Source: Chloroflexia bacterium | Lineage (GTDB): Bacteria; Chloroflexota; Chloroflexia; QHBQ01; JADMIH01 | Direction: 5' to 3' | DNA length: 64,000 nucleotides | Assembly (NCBI GenBank): GCA_038203825.1 | Contig: JBBRDO010000007.1 | Span: forward strand, 5,356 to 69,355 | Shown here: positions 18,406 to 29,217 of the stretch, in pieces | How the letters are laid out: the number at the start of each line of letters is the position of its first letter | Position numbering within the stretch: position 1 is the stretch's first letter | Program-made: the position numbers and the translations under genes | The notes under the pieces: model-generated | What the model was told of the DNA's origin: nothing | The model's input: only the letters and a program-made list of their open reading frames with translations | The model's database searches: none

Positions 18406-18626
18406 AGTCTTTCCTCCTGAGTATTGTTCCATGAAGCACGCCCAACACAAGTGCCATCGCATTTCGCATGGACGGCAACATTATAGCACGCGCAATGGGT
18501 GAGAAGTCAAGGCAGGCACGGTTGTATTTTGCGAGAAGGTCACCTTAACTAAGGCATCTGCGTATGGGTTGGACACCATGCCGTCCAATAGCCGATAATA
18601 ATTCGGCTTGCTCACTTTGGGTAGGG

Positions 18627-19442
18627 ATGGGAGACGCTGTGAACGACAACATCAAAGGCAAGTTTTCGGGGTTAATACTGGACATGGACGGCGTGCTCTA
18701 TCGCGGCAACGACGCGCTCAACGGAGCCCGCGAGCTTTTCCCCGCTTTACGTGCCAACAATCTATCCTTTATACTACTGACCAACAACGCGACCCTTACG
18801 GCCCAGGACTTCACCAACAAGCTTGCACGCATGGATATTGATGTTGCGCCCGAATACATCCTCACTTCGGCAGGAGGAACAGCAACCTATCTACAGAAAA
18901 ACTACCCCGAGGGTGGCGGAGTATATGTGCTTGGAGAGGCGGGACTGGTGGCTTACGTCACCGAGATGCCGGGCTTCACTCTGGACGAGCAAAGGCCCGA
19001 GTTCGTTGTGGCGGGCCTCGACTTCGATTTCAACTATGAGACAATGAAGAAAGCCTGCCAGGCGATCCGTCGAGGCTCCCACTTTATCGCGACGAATGCC
19101 GACGCCACCCTCCCAGTGGAAGGTGGCGAAGTATGGCCGGGAGCAGGCAGCATCGTGGCCTCGCTGGAGACGTGTTCGGGGGTTGCGCCCACCGTCATAG
19201 GCAAACCGAACAGCTATATGGCGACGATCGCGCTCGATAAGCTGGGTCTGACGGCGTCGCAAGTGCTGTGTGTCGGTGACCGGCTGGAAACCGACATACT
19301 CTTTGGTGCACGCGCAGGAATACCGACCGCGCTTGTCCTGACCGGCGTTTCGAGCGTGCAGGATATTGAGACGGCGGAGGCCGCGCCTACATACGTGTTC
19401 GACGATTTGCCGCACCTGATGCAAGGGCTGGGTATCGCTTAG
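18627..19442 (+). CDS. HAD-IIA family hydrolase (NagD-like)
   Basis: DMDGVLY motif I and HAD-IIA cap region. Start at internal ATG 18627. Confidence 0.75.
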   Translation: MGDAVNDNIKGKFSGLILDMDGVLYRGNDALNGARELFPALRANNLSFILLTNNATLTAQDFTNKLARMDIDVAPEYILTSAGGTATYLQKNYPEGGGVYVLGEAGLVAYVTEMPGFTLDEQRPEFVVAGLDFDFNYETMKKACQAIRRGSHFIATNADATLPVEGGEVWPGAGSIVASLETCSGVAPTVIGKPNSYMATIALDKLGLTASQVLCVGDRLETDILFGARAGIPTALVLTGVSSVQDIETAEAAPTYVFDDLPHLMQGLGIA

Positions 19443-19488
19443 CCCGAGCCAGAGAGCGTATGGAGTACGAGGAGGAAGGAGAAGCAAC

Positions 19489-19872
19489 ATGAAAACCCGC
19501 ATACAGACCGACCATGCACCCGCCGCGTTGGGTCCATACTCGCAGGCCATTGTTACAGGCAATATGGTTTATACGGCAGGACAAACACCCATAGACCCTG
19601 CCACAGGTAAGTTGATCGACGGCACGATCGAGGAGCAGACCCACCGCGTTCTCCAGAACATCAAGAGCGTGCTGGAGGCAGCGGGCAGCTCTCTTGCAAA
19701 GGTAGTAAAGACGACAGTGTTCCTTACGTCGATGAGCGATTTCGCGGCTATGAACGGGATTTACTCCCAGTATTTCAACACAGACGCCCCGCCTGCACGC
19801 AGCACGATACAGGTGGCAGGCTTGCCTCTTGGCGCTATGATCGAAATAGAGACTGTCGCCATCCTCGACTAG
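19489..19872 (+). CDS. ridA: RidA family protein (YjgF/L-PSP)
   Basis: 127-aa RidA-like sequence (GPYSQAI...TTVFL). Confidence 0.85.
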   Translation: MKTRIQTDHAPAALGPYSQAIVTGNMVYTAGQTPIDPATGKLIDGTIEEQTHRVLQNIKSVLEAAGSSLAKVVKTTVFLTSMSDFAAMNGIYSQYFNTDAPPARSTIQVAGLPLGAMIEIETVAILD

Positions 19873-19911
19873 GATGACGCCGCTTTCCAACAAGGAAGGA
19901 CCGGAGAATAG

Positions 19912-20787
19912 ATGACGGCCGTGCAGAACAAAGAACCGAACACGGGCAACGAGCCCTTCAAGTTTGACTATGAAGATAAGAAGACGGTCGAAGGGCGCGG
20001 CGCCCTCAGAACAGACTCGCACGACCTCGCAGCGCTGAGGTTGAGCCGCTGCCTTGAGGCACTCGAGGGCCACAGGGGCAGACTGCTCGAGATCGGCTGT
20101 GGGGCAGGGCGATACCTGCGCGCCTTCCAACATTACCGCCCCGACCTGGAATTGCACGGTTGCGACATTTCGCACATTGCGCTGGAAGAGGCCGAGAAAG
20201 CCAACCCGAACGGCAGCATTGACTACAAGCTGGGCGACGCGCTTAGCCTGCCCTATGAGGACATCAGCTTCGACATAGTGCTGCTGTTCGATGTGTTCGA
20301 GCATGTGACGGACGTGGGCAAAGCGGCAGACGAGGTTGCGCGAGTGCTAAAGCCGGGGGGAGTGTTTCATTGTTTCGTGCCGTGCGAGGGCAACCGCAAG
20401 ACGATATTCGCAGTGTTGCGGAACAGCAAGCTGATCCCGATTCACAGGTGGAAGCGCGACCACATAGGCCATATTCAGATACTTACTACGAGACAGATGC
20501 AGTCTATCCTGGAGCGGCGGGGCCTGCATGTGACCGGCACGACCTTCTCGTTCCACGTGCTCGGCCAGATACACGACGTGTTCGACTATTGGCAGCGCGA
20601 AGTGCTCTCCCGCGACTGGGTTGCCGGCTGGCAAAAGCTGGGCGTGAAAGTAATCAGCAAGGCGGTGTTTATCCCAACCTGGCGGCTTGCGTATTACGAG
20701 GACACTATTCTAAAGGACAACCGCGCGGCCATCGGGGTCCACCTCACTTGCATCAAGCGCGAAGAGCTCGCCGCGACGCAGCAGTAG
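19912..20787 (+). CDS. class I SAM-dependent methyltransferase
   Basis: Motif I LLEIGCGAGRYL and post-I VLKPGGVF. Confidence 0.8.
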   Translation: MTAVQNKEPNTGNEPFKFDYEDKKTVEGRGALRTDSHDLAALRLSRCLEALEGHRGRLLEIGCGAGRYLRAFQHYRPDLELHGCDISHIALEEAEKANPNGSIDYKLGDALSLPYEDISFDIVLLFDVFEHVTDVGKAADEVARVLKPGGVFHCFVPCEGNRKTIFAVLRNSKLIPIHRWKRDHIGHIQILTTRQMQSILERRGLHVTGTTFSFHVLGQIHDVFDYWQREVLSRDWVAGWQKLGVKVISKAVFIPTWRLAYYEDTILKDNRAAIGVHLTCIKREELAATQQ

Positions 20788-20807
20788 AAAGCGGAAAGTA
20801 AGACGCG

Positions 20808-21689
20808 ATGAAAGCAGCAATGCGCAACCCTCGAAACGCCATGGCACTGTCGCTGCTGGCTGCGCTCGTTGTGCTGCTCGTAGCCTGGTTGGCACCGCTG
20901 CCTCGTTTAGTGTTGGGGGAGGAAGAAGCAGCGGCCACCAGGATGCCACAGACACGGTCAGATGTCGCACGGGCTAAGAGTAACTTTGAGCAGGTCGAGA
21001 CTAACTACAAGAATTATGTTGCCACGCATGATGTGGGCGCGGCACTGACCACTCTGGAAAGCTTAGTACGCGCCCTGCAGGTAGATCCCACAAGTGCAGG
21101 CCAGCTCACCGGGCTCCAATCTGCCGCCCGACCTGTACAGGAATATGGCGCGCAATTGAAGGCATACGCGACAGCGGGAGAGGCGTATTTCGCGCAGGCC
21201 AAACACTATGACGATGAGCTCATGGCGTGGACGCGATCGCTTGGCGCGGACAGCGAGAGCCTTCGCCCCGACACCTGGCCTATCGTGGAATACCTTAAGC
21301 TGTACCCACCGCCCACAGGTGAAAAAGCCGATTACGCTAACGTATCAGCGGCAGATGTCGACAGACTGGAAGTCGCTCTGGGTGGGGCAGCGGTGACACC
21401 AGCGGACAAGAGCACCCTTGTTCAGTTTCAAGCGACGATCGCGGACCTCAAGTCGGCAGGCCGATCGATCGAATACGTCGAAAGCCTGCACTCGCAGTAC
21501 TTCACGCTTCTGCAGAACTATGACACGAAGCTGCAGGCAGTGGCCTCAGGCTCGGGAGCGAGCAATCTGTCGGGTAGCCGCACGATCATCGCTACCGCGA
21601 CCAATTTGCTGGTTGGGGCGGCACTGGTGGTGGGCCTTGTCGCCATCTTACTGCCACGCGGGCGCAAGGAAAACGAGGCAGCGGTTTGA
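20808..21689 (+). CDS. hypothetical bitopic envelope protein (Wzz/PCP-like topology)
   Basis: N-terminal TM plus C-terminal TM flanking a ~230-aa extracytoplasmic region. 4-nt overlap with the downstream O-antigen-ligase-like gene. Confidence 0.4.
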   Translation: MKAAMRNPRNAMALSLLAALVVLLVAWLAPLPRLVLGEEEAAATRMPQTRSDVARAKSNFEQVETNYKNYVATHDVGAALTTLESLVRALQVDPTSAGQLTGLQSAARPVQEYGAQLKAYATAGEAYFAQAKHYDDELMAWTRSLGADSESLRPDTWPIVEYLKLYPPPTGEKADYANVSAADVDRLEVALGGAAVTPADKSTLVQFQATIADLKSAGRSIEYVESLHSQYFTLLQNYDTKLQAVASGSGASNLSGSRTIIATATNLLVGAALVVGLVAILLPRGRKENEAAV

Positions 21690-23182
21690 CCTCAGCTGAA
21701 GGGAACGCGGGGGTCGAACCGTCGATCCGATCCGCGAGCCTGCTGGAGTCGTTTCGGGACTCGGACACCGCGGTATTCACTGCAATGCTGTTGGCGCTAG
21801 GCTTGTATTACTTGGTGCCGGGGCTTGTTTCTGCTGCCGTAGGAGGCGCCGTCTTCTTCGTCCTGACGTTGATGCGGCCTAATCTGAGTCTCGCGACCGT
21901 GCCGCTGGCCGCTCCGCTATTCTACAGGCAGCGCGCCTTCGTCATCTCGGCCGACCACACGCTGTACTTTTCGCTTGCCGAGTTCATCATCCTAACCGGT
22001 GTCGCAGCCTGGGTATTGCGCGACGGTTGGACTTTCCTGCGCTCGAACAGGAGTGGCGGACGTGCCGACCCGGTGCAATCGATGAGGCGGCTTGTGGGCG
22101 ACCCGCAATCGGCATTCCGCAATCCCTCTGTTTTTGCTGCCATCTTCCTGGTGATCGGCGTGCTGTGGCTTTTCGTTCCGCCGGGTATTATTCGAAACGT
22201 GGCCCTGCGCGAGTTCCGCGTAACTGTGTTCGAACCTGTACTTTACTTCGCGCTTATTTTGCGCTGGGCGCGCACCTCGGCTGACGTATGGCGCATCGCA
22301 GGCGCGTGGCTCGTGGCCGGGGCGCTGGTGGGGCGTGAAGCGGTGGCACAGTATGTGTTGGGGCAGGCGGCGTTAATGGAGGGCGTGGGCCGGGCTACGT
22401 CTGTCTTCCCGAGTGCTACGGCCCTCGGCATTTACCTGGGCAAAGCGCTCCCACTTTCGGTGACGTTGTTCGCGCTGCTTCCCAACACTCGCTCCTGGCG
22501 GCTGTGGCGCATTGCCTGCGGCCTCTTTTCATTGGTGATCGGGCTGGGGGTCTTGGCCAGCTTTGCACGCGGCGCGTGGATCGGCGTATTTGTGGCGCTG
22601 GCCGCGGCAGCGATCATCGCCCGGCACAAATGGATGCTGGCAGCACTGGGAGCCGTCGTCCTCGCGGGACTGGCCGCATTGCCCTTTATCAACATTACTC
22701 GCATAACCTCGGCTTTCGACTTCAGCACCGAGGATAACACCGGGGTGGCACGGGCAAAAATATGGGCGGCCGCGTTACGGATCATCAAGGACCACCCGAT
22801 AACGGGCATAGGCCAGGACCAATTCCTCTATGCCGACCCAAGCTACGGCGTGCCACAACTTCGCTTTTTCACCGTCTCGCACCCGCACAACTGGATACTC
22901 GACTTCTGGCTCAGGCTCGGCCTGCCCGGACTGCTCTGGCTTGTTGCGCTGTTGGTCTTCTTCTTCAGGCACGCGTACTTACTGTGGGCTCGGCTGCGTG
23001 GTAGCGCCGCCGGTGCCCTTGTCCTGGGGTTGATCGCATCGATGATCGATTTCGTCGTGCACGGACTGCTGGACATGGCGTACTTCACGATGGACTCGGC
23101 GCTCACGTTTTGGACGATTGTAGGTCTGGTAACAATCCTGGATCGACTCAGCCCAGTAGTGGGAGAGGCGGTCCGGTCCTGA
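21686..23182 (+). CDS. O-antigen ligase (Wzy_C) family membrane protein
   Basis: Polytopic with a large loop containing the HPHNWILDFWLRLGLPGLLW signature of WaaL/Wzy_C proteins. Confidence 0.7.
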   Translation: MTSAEGNAGVEPSIRSASLLESFRDSDTAVFTAMLLALGLYYLVPGLVSAAVGGAVFFVLTLMRPNLSLATVPLAAPLFYRQRAFVISADHTLYFSLAEFIILTGVAAWVLRDGWTFLRSNRSGGRADPVQSMRRLVGDPQSAFRNPSVFAAIFLVIGVLWLFVPPGIIRNVALREFRVTVFEPVLYFALILRWARTSADVWRIAGAWLVAGALVGREAVAQYVLGQAALMEGVGRATSVFPSATALGIYLGKALPLSVTLFALLPNTRSWRLWRIACGLFSLVIGLGVLASFARGAWIGVFVALAAAAIIARHKWMLAALGAVVLAGLAALPFINITRITSAFDFSTEDNTGVARAKIWAAALRIIKDHPITGIGQDQFLYADPSYGVPQLRFFTVSHPHNWILDFWLRLGLPGLLWLVALLVFFFRHAYLLWARLRGSAAGALVLGLIASMIDFVVHGLLDMAYFTMDSALTFWTIVGLVTILDRLSPVVGEAVRS

Positions 23183-23188
23183 GTGTTA

Positions 23189-23989
23189 TCAGGCTCGGCG
23201 GCTCTTGACGGCCCAGGCCCGGGCAATCAATTTGATTGATCCATCTTGCTCAATGGGTAATCGCTTATGGAGAGACTCGCGCAAAGCTGTCCTTTTTTCC
23301 TCTGTCAGCGACATGGCATAAGCCGGGGCGGGACCTTGTCCGCCAAGGAACGGGGTCCAGTAATCGTCGAAGTTCTTAAAGACGGTGGATATGTCAAGCG
23401 CCTGAACCTCGACGTCGACGAGACCGCAAACCTCAAATAGCTCCTTGAGCGGCCCCGGTTGGCATACGGGGAAGCGCCCTTCGTCCAGCTTGCCGGCCTC
23501 GGGGTCTAAGTCGGACGCGCTGTCCCAGAAGTAGCGCAGCAACTCCATCTTACCGGCATAGTCCCAAACGTACAGGGCGCAAACGCCGTCTGAGCAAGTA
23601 ACGCGCGACATCTCGCTCACCATCTTTTCGGGGTGCGGCACGAAGTTCAGCACCAGGCCGGAAACGGCTACATCAAAAACCGCGCTTTTAAACGGCAGCA
23701 ACTGCCCATCGCTCGCTGCTAACAGCGGCTGTTCCTCTCGCGTCCCCTGTCCTGCATGTCGCAAGAAATTCTCGGAACGATCAACGCCCGCTACGAGGGT
23801 CGGGTCGCGGGTAGCGAAGATAGTCTGCAGTAGCGCGCCTGTGCCGCACCCGACGTCCACCCACCTTTTGCTGTCAGCAACGCCGAGCCAATCGAGGAAA
23901 CGGGCGGCAACAAGCCTACTCCAACGACCGATGTATGGTTCGTACTTGTCGCCGGCGGCCCATACCGGCCTGTTATCTGAGCCACTCAT
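23189..23989 (-). CDS. class I SAM-dependent methyltransferase
   Basis: Motif I VDVGCGTGAL. Convergent with the O-antigen-ligase-like gene. Confidence 0.75.
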   Translation of the reverse strand: MSGSDNRPVWAAGDKYEPYIGRWSRLVAARFLDWLGVADSKRWVDVGCGTGALLQTIFATRDPTLVAGVDRSENFLRHAGQGTREEQPLLAASDGQLLPFKSAVFDVAVSGLVLNFVPHPEKMVSEMSRVTCSDGVCALYVWDYAGKMELLRYFWDSASDLDPEAGKLDEGRFPVCQPGPLKELFEVCGLVDVEVQALDISTVFKNFDDYWTPFLGGQGPAPAYAMSLTEEKRTALRESLHKRLPIEQDGSIKLIARAWAVKSRRA

Positions 23990-24063
23990 GCAGGCCTCCT
24001 TTACCCGAGAAAGAAGTAGCGCCCGGCGGGATTGTCCCGGGCGCTACTCTGCATGCTTACCGG

Positions 24064-26157
24064 TTAGGCGTTCGCTTCTTCTCTATGCTTGCGCGCGGTC
24101 TCGATCACTTTGTCGGCCACGTGCGCAGGCACCTGGTCATAGTGGTCGAATTCCATGGAAAAGACGCCGCGCCCCTGAGTTACTGACCTCAAGTCACTCA
24201 CGTAGCGCTGCACTTCGGCGAGCGGGGCCTGGGCCTCGACGACAGTGAAGCCGTTGCCCTGTGGGTTCATACCCAGCACGCGGCCACGGCGGCTGTTCAG
24301 GTCGGACATGATATCTCCGGTGTAGTGGTCGGGGACTGTTATGTGCAGATTCATTATGGGCTCGAGGAGGACCGGCTTGCCCATTTGCATACCTTCTCGG
24401 AACGCCTGCGAGGAGGCCAACTTGAACGCCATTTCCGAACTGTCGACAGGGTGGAAGCTCCCATCGTATAACGTGGCTTTCACGCTGACGACGGGATAGC
24501 CCGCAAGCACGCCCTCGTGCAGCGTTTCACGGATGCCCTTTTCAACCGCAGGGATGAAGTTCCTGGGGACGACGCCTCCGACCACGCGCTCGCCAAACTC
24601 GAACTCTCCTTCATTCAGCGGTTCCAGTTCCAGCACGACATCAGCGAACTGGCCGTGACCACCGGTCTGCTTTTTGTGCCTGTAGTGGGCGCGGTCGACA
24701 CGCGAGGTGATGGTTTCCTTATAGGGCACGACCGGTAGACCAACTATCACGTCCACGCCAAACTTGCGCTTCATGCGTTCGGCTGCTATCTGCACGTGGC
24801 TCTCACCCATGGCGGAAAGGATGGTTTGTCCTGAGGAGGGGTCCTTGCCGGCTTGCATGGTGGCGTCTTCCTCCAGGATATTTTGGAGGGCAGCGCCCAT
24901 CTTGTCCATGTCGGCCTTGGTCTTTGGCGCGATGGAGGCCGAGAAGAGTGGCTGCGGGAACTTTATCGGGTCGAGCAAGATAGGGTGGCCCGGCTCGCAT
25001 AACGTGTCGCCAGTTTTGGTTTCGGCCAGTTTTACGACCACACCTATATCGCCCGGTACAAGCTGTTGAACAGGCACCTGCTCTTTCCCATGGGGAACGT
25101 AGACCTGGCCGATGCGCTCTTCCATGTTGTGGGTCGAATTGAGCACATGGCTGTCCGAGTGGAACGTACCTGAGTAGACTCGCAGGTAGCTTTGCTTGCC
25201 AAACTGATCGCGAATCGTTTTGAATACCAGAGCCGCGAGTGGGGAAGCATCAGTTGGCTCTAAAGTAATCTTCTTGCCATCTGCGATACTTGTTGCCTCG
25301 ACGGCACCCGTGTCGAGTGGCGAGGGCGCATACTTACTCAGGAAATCGAGCAACTGCGTCACGCCGATGTTCAACAAGCCCGAAGAACAGAGCACCGGCG
25401 CGATCTGCCCGGAGAGGACGGCCCGGCAGAGGGCGTTATCCAGGGCCTCGACGGGAACCTCTTCGCCTTCGAGAAATAGCATGGTGAGGTCGTCATCCGT
25501 CTCGCAGATACGCTCGACGAGCCAATCACGACCTTCCTTTGCGTCCTGTACCCATTCATCGGGTATAGGGCCCTCGGTGAACTTGCCCGACGTGCCGCTT
25601 TCGTAGATGTATGCTTTCTGGTGCAGCAGGTCTATGACTCCGCGGAAGGTGGTCTGGGAACCTATCGACAACTGTAGCGGTGCGCACTTCTTGCCAAGCA
25701 CATCCTGTATGGAATGGAATGCGTTCTTGTAATCGGCATTTTCGCGATCAAGCTTGTTGATCACGACCACGCGCGGCAGATTCCGCGCATCGGCCATGCG
25801 CCATGCCTGTTCGGTGCCGACCTCTACGCCCGCAGAGGCGTCTACCAGCAGCAAGGCAGTGTCCACAACGCGCATACCTGCTACCTCTTCGCCGGAAAAC
25901 TCGGCATAGCCCGGCGTGTCCAGCATGTTGATCTTTTCGTCTCCCCACTCTACGGGCGCAATCGTGAGCTGGATAGAAATGTGGCGCTTGATCTCGTCGG
26001 GATCGTGGTCTGAAATCGTGTTACCTTCATCGACGCGCCCAAGGCGGGTGATTGCTTTAGAGGTGAAAAGCATGGCTTCGAGCAAGGATGTCTTGCCTGC
26101 GCCTCCATGAGAGAAAAGACCAACGTTGCGGATCTGAGCGGTGTTGTACTGTTTCAT
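24064..26157 (-). CDS. elongation factor G family protein (EF-G paralog)
   Basis: All five EF-G domains. Divergent P-loop SHGGAGKTS instead of AHIDAGKTT. Confidence 0.8.
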   Translation of the reverse strand: MKQYNTAQIRNVGLFSHGGAGKTSLLEAMLFTSKAITRLGRVDEGNTISDHDPDEIKRHISIQLTIAPVEWGDEKINMLDTPGYAEFSGEEVAGMRVVDTALLLVDASAGVEVGTEQAWRMADARNLPRVVVINKLDRENADYKNAFHSIQDVLGKKCAPLQLSIGSQTTFRGVIDLLHQKAYIYESGTSGKFTEGPIPDEWVQDAKEGRDWLVERICETDDDLTMLFLEGEEVPVEALDNALCRAVLSGQIAPVLCSSGLLNIGVTQLLDFLSKYAPSPLDTGAVEATSIADGKKITLEPTDASPLAALVFKTIRDQFGKQSYLRVYSGTFHSDSHVLNSTHNMEERIGQVYVPHGKEQVPVQQLVPGDIGVVVKLAETKTGDTLCEPGHPILLDPIKFPQPLFSASIAPKTKADMDKMGAALQNILEEDATMQAGKDPSSGQTILSAMGESHVQIAAERMKRKFGVDVIVGLPVVPYKETITSRVDRAHYRHKKQTGGHGQFADVVLELEPLNEGEFEFGERVVGGVVPRNFIPAVEKGIRETLHEGVLAGYPVVSVKATLYDGSFHPVDSSEMAFKLASSQAFREGMQMGKPVLLEPIMNLHITVPDHYTGDIMSDLNSRRGRVLGMNPQGNGFTVVEAQAPLAEVQRYVSDLRSVTQGRGVFSMEFDHYDQVPAHVADKVIETARKHREEANA

Positions 26158-26414
26158 AACTAGAGGTAGCCTCCTGAAGATATAACTTACTGCTTACTCC
26201 ATTGGAAAAGATCGCCATCGACCATAAGGCAGTCTAGATTGCGGGTTGCACTAGACTCAGGTGATACCAATTATACGCAAAGGAGAAGCGCATGCAAGGA
26301 AGAGCCTAGCAAGCAAGTGGGCCTTGCGACCCATGCGGAGCAATGAGGGACGCTATATAATAGGGGAAATGGACGGTAGAGCCGTTCAAAGACGCACAAA
26401 CTAGGAGCAGACAA

Positions 26415-26939
26415 ATGGGAAACGAAGCGGACTTCCGAATCCGTACGGCAACTGAAGCGGATCGGGCCGCCATTCAGGAGATTAGCATTGCTGCCTATAT
26501 CCAATATGCTGAGATTGTGCCGAAGTATGTCTGGGACGCATATAAAGAGGATATCCTGGAGACTACCGCCAACGTCGGTGGCCCCGCCGAACAGATCGTC
26601 GCGGAGATGAATGGGGCTATCGTCGGCAGCGTACTGATATTCCCCGAAGGCTCAGTGATGGGGGAAGAGGATAACGAAGTGTTCAAACGTAAATGGCCGG
26701 AAATCCGCCTTCTAGCGGTTGCGCCTGCGGCCCGCGGTAAGGGCATTGGGACAGCACTTACACAAGAGTGCATCCGGCGCGCTCGCGAATCGGGTGTTTC
26801 AACCATAACCCTGCACACATTGGATATGATGCCTGTTGCAATGAGGATGTATGAGAAACTCGGCTTTGTGCGGCTGCCCGAACTGGACTTCCACCCAGAA
26901 CCTGCGGTGGTGGTAAAGGGCTACCGCTACGATTTGTAG
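26415..26939 (+). CDS. GNAT family N-acetyltransferase
   Basis: Acetyl-CoA binding motif RGKGIGTAL. Divergent from the EF-G paralog. Confidence 0.8.
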   Translation: MGNEADFRIRTATEADRAAIQEISIAAYIQYAEIVPKYVWDAYKEDILETTANVGGPAEQIVAEMNGAIVGSVLIFPEGSVMGEEDNEVFKRKWPEIRLLAVAPAARGKGIGTALTQECIRRARESGVSTITLHTLDMMPVAMRMYEKLGFVRLPELDFHPEPAVVVKGYRYDL

Positions 26940-27008
26940 GCGTAGTTGGGTCGGGAGCAACGCGCACGGAACGTTCCAGTCTTTGGTTCGACCAGCCTAC
27001 TGCGGCGC

Positions 27009-27037
27009 TTGACGTCTGTTCTCGCAGACCGTATAGT
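27009..27037 (+). promoter_or_regulatory. sigma70-like promoter TTGACG-N17-TATAGT upstream of prfA
   Basis: -35 at 27009-27014 and -10 at 27032-27037. Confidence 0.45.
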
Positions 27038-27153
27038 ATTGTGTTAGGGTCGAGAATTCCCAACGTATGAAACAGAAGCAGATAACTGCGCCTCGGCTCC
27101 GAAACTCAGCAGTTGGAACAGGCAAATTACGACGATATTGAGACAACAGGAAG

Positions 27154-28242
27154 ATGCTAGAAGACAAGTTAGACACAATCGAACAACGATATTCGTACCT
27201 GGAGGAGGCGATGTCCCAGCCGGACGTTGCCAGCGACTTGCAGCGACTAATAGAACTGGGCAAGGAGCGTTCCGACCTGGAAGACCTTGTAACACTTTAT
27301 CGCGGCTACAAGGAAACCAACCGCGAACTGGCCGAAACCGAGTCGTTGATAGGGCAGGAAGACTCGGACCCCGAAATGGCCGAGATGGCCCGGGCCGAGA
27401 TCGAAACTCTGAAGGCCAAGCAGAATGAACAAATGGAAGCTATCAAGCAGCTTCTGCTTCCTAAAGACCCCAATGACGACAAGAATGTTATTATCGAGAT
27501 CCGTGCGGGGGCGGGGGGCGATGAAGCAGCCCTGTTTGCGAACCTGCTTTTCGGCATGTACGAGAAATACGCCGAGAAACGTCGGTGGAAGACCGAAGTG
27601 CTGTCGAGCAACGTGAACGACATCGGCGGCCTGAAAGAGATCATCTTCGAGGTCAAGGGCACAGGCGCATACAGCCAGTTCAAGTACGAAAGCGGCGTAC
27701 ATCGCGTGCAGCGCGTGCCGGTGACGGAGTCGCAGGGGCGCATACATACCTCGACCGCAACAGTAGCTGTGATGCCCGAGGCTGAGGAAGTTGACGTTGC
27801 CATACGCGACGACGACCTGAAGATAGATGTTTACCGCTCGGGTGGGCATGGCGGGCAGAGCGTGAACACGACAGACTCGGCCGTGCGAATTACGCACTTG
27901 CCGACGGGCATCGTTGTTACGTGCCAGGACGAGCGCAGCCAGCTCAAGAACAGGATCAAGGCGATGACGGTATTGCGCACCCGCCTATACGAACTGGAAC
28001 TTGAGCGCCGCCAGAAAGAAATGGGCGACGAGCGACGCTCGCAGGTGGGCACAGGCGACCGCTCGGAGAAGATTCGAACTTACAATTTCCCCGATGACCG
28101 TGTCACCGACCACCGCATCAAGCTCACCGTTTCGAGCGTGCCGCGCGTTCTCGAAGGCGACCTGGACAACATCATCCAGACCCTCCGCCTGACCGACCAG
28201 GCCGAACGCCTCAAGCAAGAGGGCATAGACGCGCGCGATTAG
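27154..28242 (+). CDS. prfA: peptide chain release factor 1
   Basis: GGQ motif (GGQSVNTT) and the RF1-specific PVT tripeptide. Confidence 0.9.
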   Translation: MLEDKLDTIEQRYSYLEEAMSQPDVASDLQRLIELGKERSDLEDLVTLYRGYKETNRELAETESLIGQEDSDPEMAEMARAEIETLKAKQNEQMEAIKQLLLPKDPNDDKNVIIEIRAGAGGDEAALFANLLFGMYEKYAEKRRWKTEVLSSNVNDIGGLKEIIFEVKGTGAYSQFKYESGVHRVQRVPVTESQGRIHTSTATVAVMPEAEEVDVAIRDDDLKIDVYRSGGHGGQSVNTTDSAVRITHLPTGIVVTCQDERSQLKNRIKAMTVLRTRLYELELERRQKEMGDERRSQVGTGDRSEKIRTYNFPDDRVTDHRIKLTVSSVPRVLEGDLDNIIQTLRLTDQAERLKQEGIDARD

Positions 28243-28298
28243 ACGTGCGGTGAGTTTGCCGACGTCGGAGGATAATAACGGGGTGAACGAGAAGGCAG

Positions 28299-29168
28299 AT
28301 GCATAATTCTAACGCCGAAACTCGAACCCCGCAATCTGTAGACGAGGCTCTGCGCCGTGGCAAAGATATCCTGGCGCGATGCTCGTCCAGCCCGCGCCTT
28401 GACGCTGAGGTAATTCTTGCCCACGTCCTCGGAATGGGTCGCGCGGCCCTGCTGGCTCGCCCTGAGCAAAGGCTTGACGTAGAAGCTGAGGGCATGTACA
28501 GCGGCCTTTTAGAGCGCCGCAAACGCGGAGAGCCGATTGCCTACCTCACGGGCCACAAAGAGTTCTACGATCTCGATCTGGTCATTACCAGAGACGTTCT
28601 GGTGCCACGGCCCGAAACTGAAAGCGTGGTAGAAGCATGCCTCGCAGACTTGCCCGAAAATGAAGAGGTCACGTTTGCCGACATAGGGACAGGCTCCGGC
28701 GCGATCCTGGTCGCTGTCGCGACGCAGCGGCCACGTTTACACGCGTATGGCACGGATATCTCCCCAGAGGCGATTGCCGTCGCCGCGCAGAACTGCGAGC
28801 GGTACAACATCAGTGGACGGGTGCGCCTGTTTGTTGGCGACCTGTGTGAGCCGCTGCCCAAACCCGTAAATGTCATCGCGGCTAACTTGCCCTATGTGCC
28901 GCCCGATGAGGCCTCGCCTGAGGTTGCCACCTGGGAACCGAACGTCGCGGTTTTTGGAGGTGGGGCTGATGGAAGCGCGCTTATCCGGCAGTTCCTGGGG
29001 CAGGCCCCGCGCTATCTGCTGCCCGGCGGAACGATCGTTATGGAAACAGCACACTCGCAGGGGGTAATAGTTTCCAAACTGGCGCAGGCTGCATTTCCTT
29101 CGGCGAAGATTGAGGTGCACAAAGACCTAGCGCGTTACGACAGAATAGTGACCATACGGCATTCCTGA
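28299..29168 (+). CDS. prmC: release factor glutamine N5-methyltransferase PrmC/HemK
   Basis: NLPY(V)PP substrate-binding motif and motif I DIGTGSGAI. Conserved prfA-prmC synteny. Confidence 0.85.
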   Translation: MHNSNAETRTPQSVDEALRRGKDILARCSSSPRLDAEVILAHVLGMGRAALLARPEQRLDVEAEGMYSGLLERRKRGEPIAYLTGHKEFYDLDLVITRDVLVPRPETESVVEACLADLPENEEVTFADIGTGSGAILVAVATQRPRLHAYGTDISPEAIAVAAQNCERYNISGRVRLFVGDLCEPLPKPVNVIAANLPYVPPDEASPEVATWEPNVAVFGGGADGSALIRQFLGQAPRYLLPGGTIVMETAHSQGVIVSKLAQAAFPSAKIEVHKDLARYDRIVTIRHS

Positions 29169-29217
29169 CCAAGAATGTAAGGCTACAAGAAAGAATTGAA
29201 AGTAAGGACCTAACGAT

